Shown here: one piece after another, positions 53,502 through 64,000 of the stretch
Numbering within the stretch: the stretch's first letter is position 1
Layout of the letters: every line of letters begins with the position of its first letter
Source of the DNA: an uncultured Phycisphaerales bacterium
GTDB taxonomy: Bacteria > Planctomycetota > Phycisphaerae > Tepidisphaerales > Tepidisphaeraceae
Direction of reading: 5' to 3'
Length of the DNA stretch: 64,000 bases
Assembly: GCA_963755915.1 (NCBI GenBank)
Contig: CAVWLP010000002.1
Coordinates: 128,001-192,000, forward strand
Notes under the pieces: generated by a model
What the model saw: only the letters and a program-made list of their open reading frames with translations
Database searches by the model: none
Told to the model about the DNA's origin: nothing
Made by a program: the position numbers and the translations under genes

Positions 53502-54591
53502 ATGCGGATTTTGCACCTGACGGCCGGTTCCGACGCCGGTGGCGTCAGCCGGTATATCTTCGACCTTTGCTCGGCAATGTCCGCGGCGGGGCACCAGGTT
53601 GCGGTCGCCGGTGAGCGCGGGGCCTGGCACGGCCTCTTCGCCGCCGCCCCCTTCCCGTGGATTGACGCCCCCCTTAAAGGCGGCCCCCTAACCCTCCTGC
53701 GCCGCCCGCCAGCTCCGCCGATACCTCGACGACAATCCCGTCGATCTGCTCCATTGCCACTATCGCAAAACAACCGTCGTCGCCCGGCGAATCCAAAAGA
53801 GCATTTCTTTACCCATCCTCTATACGCTGCATCTTTCCCATATGCCGCTGGGCGGACCCTGGAAATGGCTGACCGATTTCGGCGATCACGTGCACTGCCC
53901 CTCCAGCGAAGCACGCGATTGGCTCATCGAGCAGGCCCACGTTCCATCGGATCGGATCTCCCTCATCCCCCACGGAATCCATGTCGAGCAATTTCCGATC
54001 CCCAAGCCCGAGGAAAGAAAGACATCGCGATCCGACCTTAGCTTGAGAGACGAAGATCTCGCGGCGCTATTTCTCGGCCGCTTCGATAATCCGAAAAACG
54101 AATCCTGGTTGGTAGACCTCGCCGCCATGTCGCGCAATGCGCTTCCCAATCTTCAAATCCTCCTGGCCGGCGAAGGCCCAAACGAGCCCGCGGTGCGTGA
54201 GCAGATTCAGCGCCTTGGCGTCGCCGACCGCGTGCGCATTCTCAGCTATCGCCCGCCCCTTCCTCTTCTCCATGCCGCCGACGCCCTGCTTCTCCCATCC
54301 GCGCGAGAGGGATTTTCCTACGCTTGCGCCGAAGCGATGTGCACCGGCGTTCCCGTCCTCCGCACGCAAACGAGCGGGACGAAGGAATTGATCGTCGAAG
54401 GCGTCACCGGCCGATCGGTCGCGATCGACCACGACGCATTTTTGCACGCCGCCGTGGAATTTCTGAAGGACAGGCCGGCGCTGAAACAGATCGGCGCCGC
54501 CGCCGCGGAACATATCCGCCGGAATTTCACTTTCGAACGTCAATTGATCCAAACCTTGGAAATGTATAAAACGCTGACGTTGGGACGCTAG
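53502..54591 (+). CDS. Glycosyltransferase family 4, frameshifted near 53705
   Basis: MRILHL...GGVSRY; EGFSYACAEAM (EX7E). Confidence 0.88.
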
Positions 54592-54633
54592 ATTTCATCC
54601 GCTTTTCACGACCCTTAGATACAGGATGTCTGA

Positions 54634-55436
54634 ATGAAGCAGAGTCTTTTTCGTCGCGCGTTTACGCTCATCGAACTCCTGGTCGTGATCGCCATTATCG
54701 GGGTGCTCCTGGGAATTCTTCTCCCCGCCATCGAGCACGTTCGCGATAAAGGCTACGTCGATGCCTGCGCGTCGAATCTCCGCCAGATCGGCCTGGCCAT
54801 CTCCATGTATTGCAACGAGAACCAAGGGAACTTTCCACGAACGCTTTACGATCCCACCCAACCCCTGACTGAAGGCACCGGCATCAACGCCACCGACCCA
54901 TTCCAGCCCGGCGGCGTGGCCGCCAACGATCTGACGGCCGCTCCCTATCTCCTGCTTCGCGCCGAGCACCTGCCCACGGCGCTTTTTATCTGCTCGCTGA
55001 ACGACAACACCAACTATTCCGCTGACACTGCCGATCCATCGAAGCACAGCAACTTCACCAACTGGACGCAGAACCTGGCCTACAGTTTCGCCAACCCATA
55101 TCCCAGCCAGGCCGTCGCCGACGCGGGGTATCGTCTGACGAGCCATCTGCGCGGCGACTTTCCAATCGCCGCCGACCTGAATCCCGGCGTGACGAAATGG
55201 TCCAACGTCGTGGCCGCCGTCCCCGGCGCGCCAGCAAAGTCATCGAAAACGCCAACTGCGAAAACCACGAGCAGGACGGGCAGAATGTTCTCTATGCCGA
55301 CGGGCACGTCGATTTTCAGGAAACCTGCCTCTGCGGCATCGCCCAGGACAACATTTACACCAACCAGTCGAATCTATTCGACAACGTCTCGCCGGTTTCG
55401 CCAACCGATGCCATTCTGCTTCCGCACGGTCAATAG
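54634..55436 (+). CDS. Prepilin-type N-terminal methylation protein with H-X9-DG motif, frameshifted near 55235
   Basis: [39 protein letters not shown]. Confidence 0.9.
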
Positions 55437-55474
55437 ATTTTCAAATTGACCTGAATGTCGCTAATCTCCGCCGC

Positions 55475-56346
55475 ATGAGCAGACCGGCGATCTTCTTCGA
55501 CCGCGACAACACGCTGATCGAATGCGATGGATATCTGGGCGACCCCGCCAAAGTTCGCCTGATCCCCGGCGCGGCCGGCGCCGTCGCGCGGCGCGGGAGC
55601 TCGGGTTTGTCGTCGTCACCTTCAGCAACCAGTCGGGCGTGGCGCGGGGAATGTTCAGCGAAGAGGCGGTCACCGCCGTCAACAACAAGCTGGGCGAACT
55701 GCTGGAGCGCGAAGACCCTGAGGCGAAGATCGACCGCCACGAATTCTGCCCGTTTCATCCCGAAGCCAAGGTGGAAAAATACCGGCAGGAGAGCGAGCTG
55801 CGAAAACCCCGCCCCGGCATGATCCACCGGGCGGCCGAGGCGCTCGACCTTGACCTGGGCGCCTCCTGGGTCATCGGCGACGCCCCGCGCGACATTGAGG
55901 CGGGCCAGGCCGCCGGATGCCACACCATTCTCATCAAAAATTCCCGTCTCCCCGCCTCCCCCGCCGCGCTGGAGCGCTCCAGCGCCGAGCCGGACGAAAC
56001 CGTCTCCGATCTCGCCGAGGCGATGGACCTCATCGAAGCCTTCGCGGGCGCTCAATCTCTGCACCGCCGCTCGGGCGTTCCGAGTGCGTCATTTCAGGCG
56101 CGTGAATTGGTGAAGCTCGAGCATCTGGCGCAGCAGATTCTGGATCAGGTTCGCCGCCGAAACGAGCAGGCCCCCGAATTTTCGCTTGGCAAAATGCTCG
56201 CCGGGATCACCCAGATCCTCGCCATCGCCGTCGCCGTGGGCAGCTATTTTTACAAGCCCATCGGCGAGCCGCTGATGCCGATGCTCGTGGCGATTTTCCT
56301 GCAGGCGATGACCGTTGCGCTCCTCCTGATGGGGCGCGATAGATAG
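55475..56346 (+). CDS. gmhB: Heptose-1,7-bisphosphate phosphatase (HAD IIIA) with membrane tail, frameshifted near 55590
   Basis: FFDRDNTL, SNQSG, CPFHP, RKPRPGM, IGD. Confidence 0.85.
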
Positions 56347-56348
56347 AC

Positions 56349-56966
56349 TCAGTCTTTGTATTTCACGCCGCAACCGTAGGGCTTTGTCTGCGGCGTCGCG
56401 ACCGGCTGCCCGGACAGAATCTCATCCAGCGCCGTCTTCACGTAGTTGACCTTGTCGTTGGTCTTGTCGCCGTCGGGATCGTTGTCAATCGCGCCCGAAT
56501 AAAGCAGCGTGCCGTCCTTGCCAATCACGTACATGTCCGGCGTGTTGGTCGCGCCATAGGCATGACCCGTCGCCCCGCTGGCGTCATTCAAAATCGGATA
56601 CGCGATGTTCTGCGCAACTGCCCACTGAAGGTTCGCGTCGTTGGTCGTGAAATTGCTCGAATTGATCGCCAGCCAGGCCACGTTCTTGCTCTGATAATCG
56701 CTGGCCAGCGTGGTCATCGTCTTCGCCTGATAATGCCGCTGCACAAACGGACACTCCGGGTTCGTCCATTCCAGCACCACGATCTTTCCCGCGAAATCGT
56801 GCAGGCTCACATTCTTGCCGTTCTGGTCCTGCAACGTGAAATCGGGCGCCTTGGAACCGATGCTGGCAGTCGCGCTCTGCTGATCTTCCGCCAGGCTCCG
56901 CCCCGCCAGTGCAACGGCAATCAGCGCCAGCACCGACGTCAACGCAGTCATCTTTCGCATGGCCAT
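56349..56966 (-). CDS. Secreted thioredoxin-fold redoxin
   Basis: APDFTL, EWTNPECPFV, YSGAID, PYGCGVKY. Confidence 0.9.
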   Translation of the reverse strand: MAMRKMTALTSVLALIAVALAGRSLAEDQQSATASIGSKAPDFTLQDQNGKNVSLHDFAGKIVVLEWTNPECPFVQRHYQAKTMTTLASDYQSKNVAWLAINSSNFTTNDANLQWAVAQNIAYPILNDASGATGHAYGATNTPDMYVIGKDGTLLYSGAIDNDPDGDKTNDKVNYVKTALDEILSGQPVATPQTKPYGCGVKYKD

Positions 56967-56996
56967 CTCCTTAAAAAAATTAACCCTTGGAAACCT

Positions 56997-57857
56997 CTAA
57001 TGATTGTTGCCGCCAACCAATGGTAAAGCAACAGCTATATCGATCCCTCGTCTTTTTCCCTGCTGGTCATAACCAACTGTGCCATCCAGCCTGATTGCGC
57101 CGGGGGTCTTTCCCGCAAGCGGCTGGAGCATAAACCCAATAACCGTCGTATCCTCCGACGATTTAACCTCGGTGTTAACAAGATTGTAATCGTCCAGCGC
57201 CTGCGGAAAAAAATCGACTGAATCCGGCGCCGGGCCGGTCCACCTGATCTTAATCGTGCAGTCGCGGCTGGTCGGATTGGCCTGCCCCGCCGGAGTGACA
57301 TCGGTGCTGATGGTCACCACCTCGCCGCTTTGTGCGGCGGTCACCGGGAGTTGACCGATCCAATCGTCGAATAATTCCCGGTTCGAAGAATCCGCCGAAA
57401 CGCTTGAGCCAAGCGTCAGGCTGGCGGTCGTTTTGCCAGGGATGCAGACTTCGGAACAGACGAGCCAGGAAATTTGTGCTTCGAACTGACCCTGGAAATT
57501 CGCCGGCAGATTGTCGGGCGGGGTGATTTTTGCCAGAAGCATCACCGTGTTTTCGTAGCCGAAGCAAACAATGTTTCCGGGAAGGACGACCCGATGCGGG
57601 ACGGGATATTGAAGCTCGCCGGCGGTGAAGCCGTCGGGCAGATTGAATTTCACGCGCGTAGGCAGGCCCGAATCGCCGGGATTCTTCCAATAGATGTGCC
57701 AGCCGGGATCGACGTTCAGCCGCACGCCAAGCCAGAATGGCTGGCCGGGCTGGATGGAGCGAACATCCGCGAGAAGATCGGCCTGCACGTGCTCAGCTCG
57801 CGCGACGGAGGCGAGCAGAAAAACAATCGCCAGCGCAGCCAATCGAGCAAGTGTCAT
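56997..57857 (-). CDS. DsbD N-terminal-like thiol:disulfide interchange domain protein
   Basis: GWHIYWKNPGDSG, WLVCSEVCIP. Confidence 0.88.
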   Translation of the reverse strand: MTLARLAALAIVFLLASVARAEHVQADLLADVRSIQPGQPFWLGVRLNVDPGWHIYWKNPGDSGLPTRVKFNLPDGFTAGELQYPVPHRVVLPGNIVCFGYENTVMLLAKITPPDNLPANFQGQFEAQISWLVCSEVCIPGKTTASLTLGSSVSADSSNRELFDDWIGQLPVTAAQSGEVVTISTDVTPAGQANPTSRDCTIKIRWTGPAPDSVDFFPQALDDYNLVNTEVKSSEDTTVIGFMLQPLAGKTPGAIRLDGTVGYDQQGKRRGIDIAVALPLVGGNNH

Positions 57858-57866
57858 AGCACAATG

Positions 57867-58421
57867 TTATACCCGACACCGAAGCCAGGCGAGGACCTCG
57901 ATATTTCCACCGCTTCCGCGGATGGGGCTTGGGACGCTGGCCAGCCACCCCCAGCCGGCCGCTTCGGTTTCCTGCCGAACCGCCTGGAGCACCGAATCGA
58001 CCGCATCATCAGGTAAAACGCCTTTTTGGAGGAGCTTTGCATCCGCTTCGTACTGCGGCTTCACCAGCGTGATCACCAACCCCCCAGAGGAAAGCAAATT
58101 TCTCGCGCTCGGAAGGATATTTCGCTGCCGCGTCCACCCCACGTCGATGGCAACAATCTCCACCCGCTGCGGCAACTGCACGTGCATCGCGTTAGTCCGT
58201 TCCATAACCACAACCCGCGGATCGTTTCGCAGTTTCCAATCCAGCACGCCGTAGCCGGTGTCGACGGCGAAGACTTTTGCGGCGCCGCGCTGGAGCAGAC
58301 AATCGGTGAAGCCGCCGGTGCTGCAACCGAGGTCGGCGCAGGTTTTGCCGGCGACGTCGATGGCGAACGAGGCCAGGGCGTGCTCGAGTTTTGCGCCGGC
58401 GCGGGAAACGAATTCGCTCAT
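57867..58421 (-). CDS. tlyA: TlyA-like RNA methyltransferase without the S4 domain
   Basis: FVSRAGAKL, DLGCSTGGFTD, LVKPQYE, GNIE. Confidence 0.85.
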   Translation of the reverse strand: MSEFVSRAGAKLEHALASFAIDVAGKTCADLGCSTGGFTDCLLQRGAAKVFAVDTGYGVLDWKLRNDPRVVVMERTNAMHVQLPQRVEIVAIDVGWTRQRNILPSARNLLSSGGLVITLVKPQYEADAKLLQKGVLPDDAVDSVLQAVRQETEAAGWGWLASVPSPIRGSGGNIEVLAWLRCRV

Positions 58422-58617
58422 TGGGAAAAGTATTGTGATGGGGGGCGGGTGATTTGTCAGCCGTTCATTCTTTTTTGCCCAAAATTGATCGGTACGTACA
58501 TTAATCCGTACACTAAGTGCGGATAACCATAAGTAGATTCGGCCGTCTGCCTGTAGCCTCCGATTGAGTCAGTGCATCAGGTGTCGCTCAATCAGCAAAC
58601 CAGAAGGAGACATTCAT

Positions 58618-59214
58618 ATGCGATCCGACATGATTCCAGGGGCCGCCTTCCCCGACTACGAGCTGCCGGACCACACCACTAAACATCGAAAGCTCTCTGA
58701 GCTGCAGGGACAGCATCCGATGGTTCTGGTCCTGAGCCGCGGAGGTTTCTGCCCCAAGGACCGCTGCCAGCACGAAGGGCTCGTTCAATTCCATCGTGAG
58801 CTTGAGGTCGGATATTGCCGGCTGGTCACCATCAGTACCGACAACATCACCGAGACCAATGAATACCGAAGCGGAGTGGGCGCCCACTGGCCATTCCTGT
58901 CGGACTCGCGGCGTATATTGCAGAAGGAACTCGACATCGTGGAATACACCGACCCGGTCCACAATCCGATGATCCCATACACGATCGTCCTCGAGCCCGG
59001 TCTTGTCATCTTTAAGATCTACAACGGCTACTGGTTCTTTGGCCGCCCCACCCTGGAAGACCTGCGCCAGGACCTGCGCGTTGTGACGAAGAAATGCCGG
59101 CCGGACTGGGACATCACGACGCCCGAGTCCAAAGCCGCATGGCAACAGGGCCGCAAGGAACTCTTCTACCCGTACGGAAAGACCTACGCCCAAACGATCG
59201 GCGAACAGGATTAG
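58618..59214 (+). CDS. Redoxin-domain protein
   Basis: FPDYELPD, RGGFCPK; AAGGAG RBS. Confidence 0.8.
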   Translation: MRSDMIPGAAFPDYELPDHTTKHRKLSELQGQHPMVLVLSRGGFCPKDRCQHEGLVQFHRELEVGYCRLVTISTDNITETNEYRSGVGAHWPFLSDSRRILQKELDIVEYTDPVHNPMIPYTIVLEPGLVIFKIYNGYWFFGRPTLEDLRQDLRVVTKKCRPDWDITTPESKAAWQQGRKELFYPYGKTYAQTIGEQD

Positions 59215-59262
59215 CGCAATTTCATTTCACTCGTAGCGTCCGCGTCGCCTTCGGCGACCCCT

Positions 59263-60330
59263 TTATGCCCCCAACGGCCCAGGCGTTACACCCTGCTGTT
59301 CCTCGTGGGTGTACGGCTCGCCGAAGTATGGAAACTCGCCCCGCGTGCGCAGGTGGTCGAGAGCCACGCCGTCACTCAGCGCCTGGTTGGCCGCCAAAGT
59401 CAGCATCACATCCATGGCGTCATCTCTCAGGGCGCGACCGTTGAACCCGGCGTAATCGAAGGATGCAAAGGTGCCGATTTTGTAGGGCAGCGTCGCCGGA
59501 CACAGAATACAGGCGATACGTTTCCCGTACTCAGCAGGGTTGCCCGACGTGTTCGCGTACGTTGTCATATTCCGCACAAACTCCGCGATGGGTCCCGAAA
59601 ATTGAGCCACATCGTCGCCAGGCAGGGAACGGTTGAAGGCTTCCTTGAGATCGCCCTTGCTGTGATCGCTGAGAAAGATGTGCGTGAGCATCGGCATCCC
59701 CCAGCGTGACACCTGCACCTCCGGCGCATGACCGACGAGTGAAGCCGTCGCCCACGCCCGGACCGTGCCTTCGCCAATCAGGCGATTGGGAACCTCCAGC
59801 ACGATGGCCGAGACGTTCCGATTGGCGAAGAAATTCGTTCGATTGACGAAGGCCTGGGGGTTAAATTTTTGATCCTTGTAAAACGACGTCATGAAGTCAT
59901 GCACCGCCGCGGCATCGCCGGCGAACAGATCCGGAGCCAGTCCGGCGTAAGCACGTACCCCCGATCGGCCCAGGACTGCGCCGGTTTCGCCTTCCACAAG
60001 CAACTCACCGCCGAGGCCGTGAAAGGCGTCCTCACCGCTCGCCATGCGAACCTGGCAATCCTGGATGTGGCGATGCTCGTTTCCATCGGCATGGCGTGGG
60101 TCGCCGAACCTGAACTTGAACGTAAGCTCCTCCCGCGCGTCCCCGTTCAGGTCGAAGCGGAAAGCGTACAGGCCCTCATCCCGGAATGTATCCGGCGCGG
60201 ACAATCCCGCATCGGGGTTCACGGTCATGGCCATAACGGTCGTGCCGGCCGCCCCATCGAACAAATAAAAATCGTTGACGCAGATACGCGGGTCTTCTCG
60301 GGCGGTTGGAGTATCAAAGTGATGTGACAT
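59263..60330 (-). CDS. DUF4331-family protein
   Basis: MSHHFD, NVSAIVLEVP, QVSRWG, NGRALRDD, FPY. Confidence 0.8.
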   Translation of the reverse strand: MSHHFDTPTAREDPRICVNDFYLFDGAAGTTVMAMTVNPDAGLSAPDTFRDEGLYAFRFDLNGDAREELTFKFRFGDPRHADGNEHRHIQDCQVRMASGEDAFHGLGGELLVEGETGAVLGRSGVRAYAGLAPDLFAGDAAAVHDFMTSFYKDQKFNPQAFVNRTNFFANRNVSAIVLEVPNRLIGEGTVRAWATASLVGHAPEVQVSRWGMPMLTHIFLSDHSKGDLKEAFNRSLPGDDVAQFSGPIAEFVRNMTTYANTSGNPAEYGKRIACILCPATLPYKIGTFASFDYAGFNGRALRDDAMDVMLTLAANQALSDGVALDHLRTRGEFPYFGEPYTHEEQQGVTPGPLGA

Positions 60331-60358
60331 GCAACACTCTTTCTGCTGGACAAACCCT

Positions 60359-61649
60359 CTATGATCGCAGCGATCTAAACCCCGCGCGAACTTCCTGTGA
60401 AAGAAGTTGCGGCTGTTCCCAGGCCGCGAAGTGGCCACCTTTGTCGAGCTTATTAAAATAGATCAGTTTGGGAAACGCCCGCTCAATCCAACTCCGCGGG
60501 GCCGCGTAATTTTCGCCCGGAAAGACGCTCACGGCCGCCGGGATAGGAATGTTCATGGCGTTGTACGGACTCATCTTCCTGCCTTCCCAATAGAAGCGAG
60601 CCGCCGAAACCCCCGTATTTGTTAGCCAGAAGAGCGTGATATTGTCCAGCACATCGTCTCTTGTAAGGTCGCCCGCGGAATGGCCATTGACCGTGTACCC
60701 ACGCACAGCCGAAGTGATCCCCGCCGCCGGCTGACCATAGCCGTCGCCGTGGTCGAGAAGCCACCCGGCCAGGCCGACAGGCGAATCTGCAATTCCATAG
60801 AGCGTTTGTGGACGGGTCGCCATCATGAGTGCATAGGCTCGCCTCAGCGCAAATAACACGCTCAATTGCTCGTACGCGTGTTTCTCATCTGGCGAAAGGC
60901 CCGGTGGCGTCGGTTCGCCGGCCTTGAGTGCCTTCGCCACCTCTGGAGGAATCGCAGCGGGGAAATTAACATGGATCCCTAGCAACTCCGGAGGCATCTG
61001 CAGAGCCATCACCTCTGCGATAATTGCCCCCAAATCTCCACCTTGCGCTACAAACTTTTCGTAACCAAGGCGCTTCATCAGCGTTATCCATGCACGCGCG
61101 GTGCGTTCATAGTCCCAGCCGGTAGTCGTGGGCTTGCCTGAAAAACCAAATCCCGGAATCGATGGAATTACCAAATTGAAGGCATCCGACGCATCTCCGC
61201 CATGGGCCGTGGGGTTTGTCAGGGGCTCGATGATTTTCAATTGCTCAATGATCGAACCGGGCCACCCGTGGGTAACGATGAGCGGCAACGCATTTTCGTG
61301 TTTCGAACGAACGTGAATGAAATGGATATCCAGCCCGTCGATTTCCGTGATGAACTGCGGCAGAGCGTTCAGTTTCGCTTCGATCCTGCGCCAATCGTAA
61401 TCGGCCGCCCAATAGCGCCAGTTCCTGCATCATCCCGAGCTGCACGCCTTGCGATTCATCGGTGACTGTTTCTCGGTCAGGCCATAAGGTCGTACTAATC
61501 CGCCTGCGCAGTTCGATGAGCTGGGCTTCCGCAATGTTCACCTGAAACGGCCGAATCTCGGTCGTATCACCTGCTCGCGCACTGCGTTGTTGTGCGGCAG
61601 GCGTCTCCAGCATGATGGCTTCCCGTTGAGTGTTCGATGTTCGTGACAT
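60359..61649 (-). CDS. Epoxide hydrolase, frameshifted near 61415
   Basis: IRPF N-terminal domain, HGWPGS, QGGDLG, DSPVGLA, GGHFAAWEQP. Confidence 0.9.
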
Positions 61650-61689
61650 GATGCACTCCTTTATTGAAGAGGATCAGACCCCTGACCCT

Positions 61690-62523
61690 TTATGGCTTCC
61701 TGTCATCGTCGTCTGCCCGCCCCAGCGCAGGCATGTGCTTGCCGAAGTTCAGTTCGAAGTCGCTCGGAACGCCATAACCCAAATTACGGACCTTGGCACG
61801 GCGTGCCTGCGCCCCTGGCAGGGCCAGCAATGGGAAGAACATGTCGCTGCTCGACCGAAGCTCGGAAGCTGTCGGCCTCCCGAACCGATTGATCTGCCCC
61901 TTCGCCGCCGTCAGCGTTTCACGGTCGAACGAGGCCAGACGCCGGACCAGCGTATCGACAAACGCGTCGAGTTCGCCATCCTCCAGCGTGCGGTTCACCC
62001 AGCCATAGCGCTCGGCGATATCAGCATCGAAATCATCGCCGCTTAGCACGATCTCAAGTGCCCGCGAGCGGCCAACCACGCGCGGGAGCCATTCCATCGC
62101 CCCGCCCCCCGGCACCAGTCCGACGCCGACCTCGGGGTTGCCGAACAGGGCGTTTTGCCGGCTCGCGAAACGCATGTCGCAGGCCAGCACAAACTCGTTA
62201 CCAATGCCGCGCATGCGCCCTCGAATCTTGGCGATGCTCACCACCGGCGCGGACGAAGGCGCAGCACAAACTCGCGCCAAAGGCCGAGCACCTCCGGCCG
62301 TTCGGCAGCCTTGGCTACGTCGAGATGGGCGACGTAAAAATCAGGATTCGCCGACTGAAACACCACCACCTTCACCGACGGGTCCGCCTCAAGGTCGGTC
62401 ATGCAGCGCCCCCAACTCGACGATCGTTGACGGAACAAACATGTTGATCGGCGGATTGCTGAAGGTGATAGTCCACCGGCCCCGATGGGCGCGGTCGATA
62501 TTGAACTGCGAAGCGTCAGCCAT
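61690..62523 (-). CDS. Enoyl-CoA hydratase/isomerase family protein (frameshifts)
   Basis: NPPIN, GIGNEFVLACDMR, PEVGVG. Confidence 0.85.
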
Positions 62524-62546
62524 GGCGCAGCTCCTTGTGAAGATCC

Positions 62547-63424
62547 CTACTGCAGCGATCGGAAGCCCGCGCGAACCTCTTCGGAAAAGAGCTTCGGCTG
62601 CTCCCAGGCGGCAAAGTGCCCTCCCCTTGGCAGCTTGTTAAAATGTATTAGCTTGGGATACGCCCGCTCGGTCCAGCTCCTCGGGGCTGGATAGAGCTCG
62701 TCCGGGAAGACGCTCACGGCAACCGGGATGGAGACGCCTTTGGCATTGAAATACCCCTTCCCAAAATACTCCCAATAGAGACGGGCGCCGGAAAGGGCCG
62801 TGTTCGTCAGCCAGGTAATCGTGATATTGTCGAGGATGTCGTCGCGCGTGAGGCCTTCGGATTTTCCCTGAAAGACGCGTGTGATCAGCTCGTAGCTGCG
62901 TGCGTCGTGGTCAAGGAAATAGGCGGCCAGCCCGACGGGTGAGTCGGCGATTCCGTATAACGTCTGCGGCCGCAACCCCATCTGGAATCCGTAGGCAATT
63001 CCCTTTTGATACACGAATTGCAACCGGTCGTAAGCGAGTTTCTCATCGGCGGATAGACCTGATGGCGCCGCGCGCCGGAAAACGCTGCCGCGTCAATTTC
63101 GGCCGGGAAGATGCCGGGCATATTGGTGTGAATGCCGAGCAACTCCGGAGCTGCCTGAACGCCCATTAGATCGACGACTACGGCGCCCCAGTCGCCGCCC
63201 TGTGCTACGAATTTCGTGTAGCCGAGGCGTTTCATGAGCGTGACCCAGGCACGTGCGATATGTGCGGGGTCCCAACCCGTGGTGGCCGGCTTGCCTGAAA
63301 ACCCGTACCCGGGCATCGACGGAATCACCACATCAAACGCATCCGATGCGTTTCCGCCATGGGCGGTGGGATTGGTCAGCGGATCGATGATCTTCATCTG
63401 TTCGATAATCGAGCCCGGCCAACC
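62547..63424 (-). pseudogene. Second epoxide hydrolase, 5'-truncated at GWPGS
   Basis: QGGDWG and GGHFAAWEQP present; N-terminal domain absent. Confidence 0.85.
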
Positions 63425-63874
63425 TTATTCGCCGAATGGGTGATGTATTTATCGCGGACCATTAGGGAGAAGAGCGTCCTCCCTCTTGCCTTTGGCAACG
63501 CTCGCTATGCTCCCATCGCGGGGGAAGATTTGGGCCGGATCATTGCCGTCATTCTGAGTCGGCCTGCCGAGCACGCTGGAAAGGTCTATCCGCTCTACGG
63601 CTTAAAGGAATTAAATCAGTATGAAATTGCTGACATCCTTACCCGGGTCCTTGAGAAAAAAATTACCTATGTCCCTATGGAGATCGAACCCTTCAAGGAA
63701 ATGTTGAAGGAAATGGGGTTTACCCCTCACTTCCAGCAGCACATGGGTCACGTTGCCCAGGATTGTCTCGATGGAGTCTTTTCCGGAACGAACGATCTCG
63801 TCGAAAAACTATCCGGGCAAACGCCAATGGGGATGGTCGATTACATCGTCAAAAACAAGGCGCTGTTCAGTTGA
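63416..63874 (+). pseudogene. C-terminal half of an NmrA-like NAD(P)-binding protein
   Basis: RPTLFAEW...APIAGEDLG...HAGKVYPLYG; no Rossmann N-terminus. Confidence 0.8.
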
Positions 63875-63923
63875 TTCTCTCCTCACCGGCAATTCTTCAG
63901 TACCCTAACCAATGGAGAAAACC

Positions 63924-64000
63924 ATGAAAGTAATGGCCATCGGCACCCTCAAACCTCTTACGCCCAAGCAACGACAAAAATATCTGCCGAAGGAAGTCCC
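63924..64000 (+). CDS. Start of a hypothetical protein (partial)
   Basis: GGAG RBS; MKVMAIGTLKPLTPKQRQKYLPKEV. Confidence 0.55.
   Translation, partial: MKVMAIGTLKPLTPKQRQKYLPKEV

Overview
GC-rich bacterial chromosome segment, most likely Planctomycetota (Phycisphaerae-like). This is inferred from a prepilin/H-X9-DG protein, an ECF sigma + Ser/Thr kinase pair, a 'CGYDLRATPDRCPECG' zinc-ribbon membrane protein and PEP-CTERM proteins. Housekeeping genes include gyrB, queD, hisI, pgk, rpe, accD, gmhB and a tlyA-like gene, alongside glycosyltransferases and oxidoreductases. Many genes, including essential ones, carry single-base frameshifts, probably long-read indel errors. The main finding is two cargo-carrying insertion sequences with unrelated transposases: an IS1-like element at 4739-9939 and a SWIM-finger IS5/IS903-like element at 31088-33749. 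Both have TIRs and TSDs and share one control module: back-to-back leaderless sigma70 promoters with overlapping palindromes drive the transposase one way and a homologous ribbon-helix-helix gene plus defence-like cargo the other way. Also found: a 96-bp MITE in the catalytic codon of the second transposase, an IS110/IS1111 element whose 3' non-coding region holds a loop matching its own insertion site, a balanced 2.9-kb inversion inside a kinase gene, and a second inversion-type breakpoint near 63420. No rRNA, tRNA or CRISPR array was seen.
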